A stretch of 64,000 nt of DNA from Lytechinus pictus. Lineage: Eukaryota. Shown piece by piece: positions 55,167 to 64,000 of the stretch. A program made the position numbers and the translations under genes. How positions within the stretch are numbered: position 1 is the first letter of the stretch; the number at the start of each line of letters is the position of its first letter. Where the stretch lies: positions 49,104,001 through 49,168,000 of the forward strand of contig NC_087249.1 in the NCBI RefSeq assembly GCF_037042905.1. The letters are read 5' to 3'. The notes beneath the pieces are model-generated. The model saw only the letters and a list, made by a program, of their open reading frames with translations, had not been told where the DNA came from and ran no database searches.

Positions 55167-56342
55167 AACTATGCATCGCCTCAAAGTTAAAATCATATTC
55201 CACAGGCAAATATTGATGTTTCTATTTTCCAAAAATAGTTACTATGGCAATGAGATAAACCATCAATAAAGATGAGTTTATATAATGGTTCACCCGACAA
55301 ATTTTCATTTATTACCAACGTGAAGGAATATTGTGTAATGTGAGCTCACTCTACTTGCAGCTTTGTACTTGGGGGGAGGGGGGGTCCTGTTAAGTGTGAG
55401 AATGAATAGCCTGATTTTCCAGTTTCTTCTTAACCATGTATATTCCTAAACACAAACTCTACCCTTCTGAGATGATATGTAACATAACTATTTGCCTTTG
55501 AAGTCAGAGGGAGTTGGGATCAACATGCTTAAGGTGCAATAAATTGAAACTTGGCAGAAAACAAATAAGAAAATCTATTCAATTATTTACATGTAGTTTG
55601 TAAATAACATCTTTTGTTCTTATTCCAGTTGGAAGATGGCCAATATAGATTAACATGAAAGATGCATCCGTCTAAACCAAGAGAGGCCAAGACAATGGCA
55701 AGGTGACCCAATTTGATTTCATCATCTTTTTCATTTCAAATTATTTGTAAAAGCTCCTTTAAGTATTTTCCTTTGTAAAGGAAATATTTTGTTTGGTTGT
55801 ACCCCTTTTTCATCCCATGAATTTAATCAAGGATTAAAGTAACAATTGTACTGAGTAGCGAGTCCCAGTGAAACTTGGCTACTCTTCAATCCCTTAAGTG
55901 CAGCATAACTCTAATCATTTATGTTCAAGGTGTCTATCAACATCGGGACTGGTGAATTGATAGACACTAGACCTAAAATGAGATGCATAAGGACAGCTTG
56001 AAGACACTTAATTTAGATCAGGATCCCCAAATTTGCATAGGTACACCAAATTCATCACCTGCACTCTCGGCACCTACATGTCAATATTTGGGACAGCTCT
56101 CACAAATAGTGTGATTGTTTGCATCAACCTCAATTATGGAAAGCTGATGGCAACATAATCATTTGTCTACTAGCATATGCACTTATCATATTGTAAAGTA
56201 GAAACATCATGTTGATGTACCAAAACAATGGCAATAAAAAATGTAATTTTATATTCCGAGGAGCTGATTTGAAATTTGGAAATTGAGGACAGCTTTGAAA
56301 AAGCTGTATTTTAGAAATATGACAATGTTGGCAACCTCATAT

Positions 56343-56699
56343 GCCCACTGTTGAGTCCATGGTTTATGTAGAATTCCTGTATAAATTACACTTATTTTAC
56401 CGTGTATATAAAAAAATGTCCAAATGCTGGTGCACGCTTTTGTCACAGTGCGCCAAATTGACGTGGTTATCCACGCTATTTTATTCATGAGTCCTGTTTT
56501 GAATTAATGAGTCCACTCTTCAAACAGTGGACTCATGAATAAAATAGCGCAGCTAACCATGGTAACAGGCGTCAATTTGGCGCACAGTGACAAAAGCGTG
56601 CATCAGCATTGCACATTTTTATTTACACACGCGCCTGATACGCACTAAATTAAGCGTATTTATACAGGATTTGCATAAACCATGGATTCAACCGTGGGT
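56343..56699. mobile_element. Fold-back (near fully palindromic) MITE in intron 1
   Basis: Arms CCCACTGTTGAGTCCATGGTTTATG / CATAAACCATGGATTCAACCGTGGG and GCACGCTTTTGTCAC / GTGACAAAAGCGTGC. Confidence 0.8.
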
Positions 56700-56996
56700 T
56701 TTCAAAACCACCTTTGTCAATTCGGGCCATATTGTCTGAAGACAGTCTCCTAATCCCTGTGGAGAAATCTTCCAAGGCAAAAGAAGGCTACCACTTATGC
56801 CAAAGCTAAAAAGTCGTTTTTTTTTTCTTTCTGAGCTATCCACAAATTTTGAGATTGTCATTGTGAAATTCATTGTCATTCTAGATGATGATGTCACTGG
56901 TTTTCCATATACGAAATTGAAATTGATCTAATCCTTCACACTCCTACTTAGGGTGGGGCCGTGATGTTTAATAATAAAACAAATAATGCAGCTTAC

Positions 56997-57099
56997 CTGT
57001 TTTTAATCTCTTCATGTCGGCTGTGACATTTTGGCTCTCCTTGACGCCGATGCTCGTAAAGCTCTTCTGTAGCGAGGAATGAATATGGGTTACAGGCAT
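56997..57099 (-). CDS. Probable first coding exon of the CRACD-like/LIM gene (MPVTHIHSSLQKSFTSIGVKESQNVTADMKRLKT)
   Basis: ATG at 57099 with an in-frame upstream stop; strong donor CAG|GTAAGC. Phase-1 exit matches the phase-1 entry of the next exon. Confidence 0.7.
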
Positions 57100-57930
57100 G
57101 AGAACTACCTAACTTTTCCCAAACAGAGAAAACTAAAGAACTTTTCCGACATGGAAGATTCGGACAAGAAAGAGAGGGAGGGTTTTCCTATGATCTCTCT
57201 ATCCTAACAGACTAATTCTACAAATTTCATTCCCGTAAATAAAAACTACCCCCTAAACCCACCTTCGTCCCAACCTACACCCTAAATTAGACTCCTAATA
57301 GGTTATCTAAGAATAGAGGCCGCCACCGCTTTGCGTAGTTGAGGAGAGAGGGAGAGAGAGAGAGGAGAGATGAGTTGATAATTGCTCCTAGCTTCGCCCA
57401 AACAAGATGATGCAGTTTCAAAGAAGCAGACGGAAGTACGAATTTGGACGTTATTCCAAGCATGGAAGAACCGTTGAATATCAACAAGGCATATGTAGAG
57501 CAAATGAAGTTAGGAAGAAGTCCAAAGACAGAGATAACGGAAGATCTGATGCTATGAAAATCCACAGGTTAAATCACTCAGAAATAATAAATGGAATTAT
57601 TCCAACAAGAATCCATTCCAGGATGATGATCTTCACAGTGTACGGTAACAGACTGATGGTGTCACAAGTAAAGTTTCCAAAATAGATGCAGCAGCGTGAA
57701 CCGATAGGTATTCCCCAGAGTGCTACTACGTTCGGTTTGCCAGTTTGCTCCGAGAAGCAGAACCCTGTCTGTCTTTCAGCAAGCGTCAAGATAAAGAAAA
57801 CTGTTTTTACTTTGATGATACGATGATTCATGTACACCACTCGAGTCCCTAAACTAACTTCCTGCTATTAAAAGCCTGCGCTCGATGCCCTTGGAGGGCT
57901 CGTTTCACGGCTTTGACTAACTGACCGAGA
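57100..57930 (-). promoter_or_regulatory. Putative 5' leader/promoter of the CRACD-like/LIM gene
   Basis: Repeat-free, CpG-enriched stretch upstream of the ATG; Inr-like TCAGTT on the minus strand near 57923. Confidence 0.35.
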
Positions 57931-58240
57931 AACAACGTGCTTTGTTGCGCGTCTACCTCCAACGTGACAAATGATGCCTACTTCGGCCTTTTTCTTGTCA
58001 AATTGACCATTTCCACTTTGGTGACAGAGTACTGCCTTTATAAATGTTTGGAATCACATAATTTTCGTTTCTAGTAAGTCTTTAACAGGACATTTTGACT
58101 GATTATAAAGAAAGAATTATACATGTCTCTGAGAATAATATGAAAAATACTATGGGGAAAACGTAAGATTTTGACTCAAATTGTCCTCTTGTTTTCTTCA
58201 GAAACTTGTGCATTCATGAATATACAGTATCTAAATGTGC

Positions 58241-58635
58241 TCAAAGATAAATACCAGTTGTGGTAACGATCTCAAAATGAGTTCGAACAGAATCCAACAA
58301 AATGACCACCCAAGTGTTTGTATACATAAAAAATATGTGCCAATTGACTCTGGAAGAAATTGCTGAATTGCTGAGAAATTAACAAAATAAGCACGGAATT
58401 CCATTCTAATGTCGGGTAATTTTTTTAAGCAATATTAATACACTGTCCCACATTAGCTTTTCTGTGTTAGTGATCATTAGAATTATCGATTTTGAGCTAA
58501 GATTTCATGATTTTACAAAGATAAGTTTACATTAATGTACCAGATCTAGATCTATAACATGGTGGTAATTAAACTTGATTTTAAAGGCTTTCTTATGAAA
58601 TAATTGTTTGCTGCAATTACTTTATTTACCTTTAA
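58241..58635 (+). mobile_element. MITE family D copy (ends CCTTTAA)
   Basis: Reverse-complement similarity to 63537-64000. Confidence 0.7.
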
Positions 58636-60104
58636 TGTTTTTTGAAAATATGTGACTCATAAATATTTGATCAAGGTTTACAAGGCTTAGGCAATTCATG
58701 GCCATTTTAACTTTCAACAGGTAAACCTGCATTTACATAGAAGAGTTTGAGGTTGCATGTTTTATCGTTATCCGTTTATTTTGTGTGAATGGGGTATCAT
58801 TCAAAATTTCCTTATCCCAGGGATTTAATGGAAGAAGTTTTGATCATATTTTCTTCATTTAATTATTGATATATATTCATCTTTGTTTTCATTCCATTTT
58901 CATTAACTTACTCATGTTTGTTTAATATTTATTCATTTTTCCAAATTTCATTTCATAGTCAGTGTATCATATCTCTATTCCTTTATTTAGTCATTTAAAA
59001 ATACACTCATCAAATGGTTAATTTTATCACTTGTATATTGGTAAATAAGGTAAAGATTGAACTGCAAATAAAGATAAACATTTTCAAAATCAAAAATTTT
59101 GAATAAAAATCATCAAATCACAACTTTCCATTACACATTTCAAATGACAAATTTCTATTTAATGATATGAATAAATGCTTGTACGCTTTAAAGAACATGA
59201 AAAGGTTCACCACGTTCTGAGAAAGAAATCCTGGTGTAAATGGGGCTAATGTCATGTCACATTGGGAGAGTAATCGACACCTTTAAGATTAATACTTAAG
59301 ATACTCCAATACATGCAAGTAGGAGGGGGGGCGATGAGCCACAGAGTAAAGCTGAATGAGGACAACAAGTGGGGGAAGTAGGTGATTAAACATCTTCTAA
59401 ATTTGTCACAAGAGCCCTTGCTGATCCTCCTCCTTTGAATTAATTGCTATGATGGATTTGGAGGAGGTCGACTTGGGGGATTGCGAGAGATAAACCCAGC
59501 TTTTCAGCAAGGGGGATCGGTCCCAGAATCCCGAGAATCACAAAAGACAGTTTGGTTAGGAGGTATTACCGATACTCTATGGTGTCAGTGTGTTCATTCA
59601 AAGCCTAATTTTAGTTTGGTAAATCCCTCCAACGTAATGATTCTCATTTATTTCTAGATTATATGAATGTCTCTGCACTAAAACAATTATGATGTCAACG
59701 ATATGAAATGAAAATTTTGAGATATTGCATAAAAAATATTTTGATCTGGTATATTGATATAAAGCCAACTTTTGAAGCAGGGAATGGTCTGACAGTTTCA
59801 GGATATAATTCTTGTCTATATATAGCTTTCTAATATCCAAATCCTAAATATTTGAAGGCAAGTGCTCAAATTGTAAGTTTTAGCAAGAAGCAAACCATTA
59901 TCAAGAGCGGGCACTAGATATGTCATTAATACAAAAAAAATCTAAATTTCACAAAGAATCAGCTTTGGGAAAATTTTCAATGGTGACTGCACTTTTGTAA
60001 GATTGGAAGTTTAGATTAAAATTGTTGTTGTTTCATCATGACTTTATTCAAGTTCAAGACATTGATAATCAAACAAATATATTTACAGTACATAAAGAGA
60101 CCAG

Positions 60105-60275
60105 GGGGCCGTTTCATTAACCTGTTCGTAAGTTAAGAGCGACTTTATGAACGACTGGTGAACCTTTCTTACGTGCTTAACCATTGCCAATGAATATACC
60201 ATTTACCACAAGAAAGGATGACCAGTCGTTCTTAAAGTCTCTCTTAACTTACAAACAGCTTTATGAAACACCCAC
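60105..60275. mobile_element. MITE family E copy
   Basis: Same arms, flanked by CAG on both sides. Confidence 0.85.
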
Positions 60276-60278
60276 CAG

Positions 60279-60424
60279 GGTCCCGTTTCATAAAGTCTTG
60301 TCATAGTAACAAAAGTACAATTTTTATGACAAGTTCACTATCAGCCAATCAGATTGAAGGATTTCAGTAGCTTTTCACTATAATTGCAAATTTGTTATTG
60401 TAACAACTTTTATGAGATGGGCCA
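60279..60424. mobile_element. MITE family G (AGCCAATCAGA...AGGATTTCAGTAGCT core)
   Basis: Inverted ends GGTCCCGTTTCATAAAG / CTTTTATGAGATGGGCC; related copies near 19838-19915, 31297-31565 and 60612-60712. Confidence 0.65.
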
Positions 60425-60713
60425 CTGGTCCATCGTTTCATAATTCATACCAATTACGCTATTGCAAAACTTCTTTACAAGATTTATGCCGCGATAGTGC
60501 TTCTGAGAGAATAAACTGTATTAGAGCTTTTTTAATTATTTTTAATTAATTTTTAATTATTTCTAATTATTTTTAAAAACCAAACTGAAATAGTGGCAGC
60601 TCCAGTCATGGAAAGGGTATCATGAAGCACCTTGTCAGTGATTTTCCCTGACAAATTTGCTCTGAGCCAATCAGTTGGGAGGATTTCAGTAGCTTATAAC
60701 AATAGTCAGTGAC

Positions 60714-60939
60714 AAGGGTTCGAATCCTAGCCATGGCGTGATTTCCTTCAGCAATAAATTTATCCACACTGTGCTGCACTCGACCCAGGTGAGGTGAATG
60801 GGTACCCGGCAGGATTAATTCCTTGCATGCACTGAGCGCTGGCGATGGTAGCTCGAGCTAAAGCCGGGGTAATAATAGCAGCGCTTTGTATCCTCTGGCA
60901 AAAAGCGCTTTATAAATCCAGCTATTATTAGTATTATTA
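60714..60939 (+). mobile_element. tRNA-derived SINE (5'-truncated near the B box)
   Basis: GGTTCGAATCC B box, GACCCAGGTGAGGTGAATGGGTACC core, (TAT)n tail. Confidence 0.85.
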
Positions 60940-61680
60940 ACTGACTGTTGTTTCATGATACAGTATGCTCCCCTGAACAGTCCAAACAGATTCCTTGTCT
61001 AGAATTTTCTACTATATACCCAATATATTATCAGCATGGTACTTATAATGTTCCTCCTCAATTTTCGATACATTATTCATATAATATATATGTTGCCAAA
61101 AAAAAAAACAGAGCAAAAAGATCATATACGGTATTGCATTTTAACATCCCCCTTTTCTGATAAAGATCAAATGACCCTAAAAAATTCACCATATATTGAC
61201 AATTGTTTTATCAAAATTCCAGATCTGAGCTATACTGCACACTTAATATACCAAACTTATTTATAAAGAAATGTAATCAGATTGTTAGTCTCATATCCCC
61301 AAATTTAATTCTGAACTATCTATTTGAGCTATGAGTTATTGGAACAATTTGAAATGTTTATTTTTCTTTCAATACACAAGAATCTCTTATCATCTTGTGT
61401 ATTTTCTAATATAATGTAAATTATTGTAACAGATGCAAAGTGGAAAATGAATTAAATCTGTATCATTCCAAATAAACATAACCAGATCTTATTATTAATG
61501 TGAACCTAGCAATTGAAGAGAAAGAAATCGTAGCAGGAAATATGTATGAGTGATATTCTATTCATGGATGTGCTTGAGACATGAAGCTATATTTGGATTT
61601 AAAAAGAAAAAAATGTAGACCTTGTGTTAAGCCCCTCTTTCCAAGTCCGTTTGAAATAATCATATGTGGATGTATCTATA

Positions 61681-62743
61681 CAGTGCGTTTCAGAAAAAAG
61701 GTAATCCAAATCTAGAGGGTTGGTATTCAAATTATATTTTATTTTGTGAAATTGCTCTGCATGGATGTGAAAGAGAAACTCTTCGGCTTTCCATTGATAC
61801 CCTATTTGTACCGTTTGCGCCACGCATGACCGAATTAATTGATGTTGAAGACAACAGGTGCAGATACCACTTTTTCCAAGTTTTCGAAAACTTGATGAAA
61901 GGGCAGATGACGCTGTGAATACTTTCATCGATGCCTGTGCTGGCTAAAAATCTTGATTGGACCTTTTTATTCCAAAGGAGTGTAGGTGGTCGAATGTACT
62001 TGCACTTGATTAACGAGGAGATCGTACCACAGTCATTGGATCAACATTTTGATCCCATTTTGAGAGACAGGTTAGAGGAGTGTACATGCATCTTTGGTGG
62101 ATTCAGGACTAGCACTCCTGTCCTTAGATACAACTTTCGAGATAGACTCAAAGAACTCTTTGGACATCAAGTTGTTGCCCTCAACCATGACGTAGAATGA
62201 CCACCAACATCGCGCCCTGTGATTATTTCCTTTGGAGACACTTAAAATAAGGTATTTGTAATTCCTTATCAAGTTCTTGATGATTTGCAGGGCCAAATTC
62301 GACATGAGGTGGATGCTTTTTTTGCAATGATCTGTCAATGGTAAGACGAGCTGTCCAAGATATCCTTAATTCCTCCACGCTACTGGTTTTGTGTGCAAAG
62401 GAGAAGAGGACATTTTGAAGGTGTGGGTGAATAAGACAATAACCTTTCAATCATTGTTTCAGAGGAATGCCCTGACTTTTCTTTCCAAAAATTACTTTTT
62501 ATATTTTATTCTACCAAGCACACATTTTTCCCACTTGACCAAAACATGGAAAAAGTGGTACCTGCACCTGTTGTCTTCAACGTTAATTAATTCGGTCATA
62601 CGTGGCTAAATGGTACAAATAGGGTATCAATGGAAAGCTGACGAGTTTCTCTTTTATATCCATGCAGAATAATTTCACAAATTTAAATATGATCCGAATA
62701 TCGGCCCTCTAGATTTGAATTACCTTTTTTCTGAAACGCACTG
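61681..62743 (+). mobile_element. Internally deleted Tc1/mariner-superfamily DNA transposon with ~200-bp TIRs
   Basis: TA|CAGTGCGTTTCAGAAAAAAGGTAAT...ATTACCTTTTTTCTGAAACGCACTG|TA. Internal broken transposase C-terminus (LIGPF...YLHLINEEIVPQ...RDRLKELFGHQVVALNHDVE*PP...PCDYFLW) corresponds to the WPPRSPDLTPCDYFLWG motif. Confidence 0.9.
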
Positions 62744-62745
62744 TA

Positions 62746-63418
62746 TAGCTGGGCACATATCGTCGGCATTCATCCGAACCGTCGTATCAGTCAATTTTGG
62801 TCAAAAAATTGATTTTGAGATTTTTGCAGAAAATGAAAGTACATGTACAAGTCCTATTCTATTTATAACTAAATTTCTAGGCAGCAATTTATTTAAGTTT
62901 CTGAGATATCAGGGGATTTTCACGGCGATGACATATAAGTTTCTAATAAAATGCGCAAATCCCATTAGAAATGTGTACTAGCAGAGCGATACAACGTTTT
63001 GACTGACTGCAATTTAAATGCGCGTAGTCAGCCAAACCGTTGTACACTGCCATTGACACTGCATTGACTTCACACGTGAAAAGCAATACAACGTTTTGAC
63101 TGACCGCGCGCATAAATATCGCGGTCAGGGTTGTTGTATCCCCTATGGCGTTTTTGTACAGGGGATATCTAAACCACTCAAACCGAAATTACAAGCACAG
63201 AGCTCTTTTGCAATATTTTCTAATGATCCTTGGTTTTGTGTAAAAATAAGGATACCAATGTCAAGCACTTGCCTTGGTCTTTCCAACCATGTATTTTTCT
63301 TGTAATCAAAATATGTTGTAAGGCTAGGGAACTAAGTGTGAAAATTGTAGTAAACTTTGAAGTTGAATTTCTCTGAAATGGGTTTGCACCGTCGTACGTG
63401 TGATATGACAGTTCTTAA
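62746..63418. mobile_element. Probable degenerate DNA-element remnant abutting the Tc1 element
   Basis: Internal direct repeats ATACAACGTTTTGACTGAC; weak terminal inversion; ends CTTAA. Confidence 0.35.
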
Positions 63419-63536
63419 AAATAGATTGAATAGTTTCATATTAGTTCATAAATAGGGCGAAATCTATTAAAATGAGATTTAATAGTTATTGTTAAAATAA
63501 AGTTATTGACCGCACAGGACATTGATATTTAAGGTA

Positions 63537-64000
63537 TTAAAAGGTACGTACATGTAGTTGCAGACAATTATTTCATGAGAAAGTTTTTAAAATCAAGGTT
63601 TATTGACACCAATACCACTTATCTAGATCTGGTGGGTGTTTCATAAAGCTGTTCGTAAGCTAAGAGCGACTTTAAGAACGACTGGCGATCCTTTCTTGTG
63701 GTAAAAGGTGTACACCATTGTTCACTGGTGATTGTTTTGCGCGTGAGAAAGGTTCACCAGTCGTTCTTAAAGTCGCTCTTAACTTACGAACAGCTTTATG
63801 AAACGGCCCCCCGGTACATCAAAATGAATTCATCTTGGTGAAATCATGAAATCTTAGCTGACAACCGATAATTCTAATGATCAATTACACAGAAAGGCAT
63901 TTGTGGAACAGTGTATTAATACTGTTTGGAAAATACCAGACATTTAATGGAATTCTGTGCTTATTTTGCTAATTTCTGAGCAATTACATAGGTTTTCCCA
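63537..64000 (-). mobile_element. MITE family D, inverted copy interrupted by a nested family E MITE
   Basis: Matches 58370-58635 on both sides of 63632-63810; runs off the window edge. Confidence 0.7.
63632..63810. mobile_element. MITE family E copy nested in family D
   Basis: Same arms; flanked by CTG and CCG. Confidence 0.85.

Noticed and set aside
60714-60735. tRNA gene
   Set aside because: The B box belongs to a SINE head; no cloverleaf.

Overview
AT-rich, repeat-dense animal genomic DNA with spliceosomal introns; the repeat landscape suggests an echinoid (sea urchin), which is inference. Two convergent protein-coding genes are visible. (1) The terminal exon of a GRXCR1/CG31559-like glutaredoxin-domain cysteine-rich gene lies on + at 2357-2539. 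(2) A ~31 kb multi-exon gene lies on - (ATG 57099 to stop 26223; ~890-905 aa). It encodes a CRACD/KIAA1211-like 'LSSSAAKHRISVAP' motif, a long acidic disordered region, several short helical motifs resembling known F-actin-binding helices, and a C-terminal LIM domain. Splice phases of the first five exons fit exactly. The most interesting observation is that the first ~90 nt of the last exon look coding in two frames. One frame is the linker into the LIM domain; the other gives a LIM-less tail 'GSVKALINKFQ...TVH*' carrying another copy of the helical motif. Candidate phase-switching donors and microexons upstream could select between them. The rest is introns, UTRs and intergenic DNA filled with MITEs, a decayed Tc1/mariner element, tRNA-SINEs with three different tails, a Helentron-type element, tandem repeats and N gaps.
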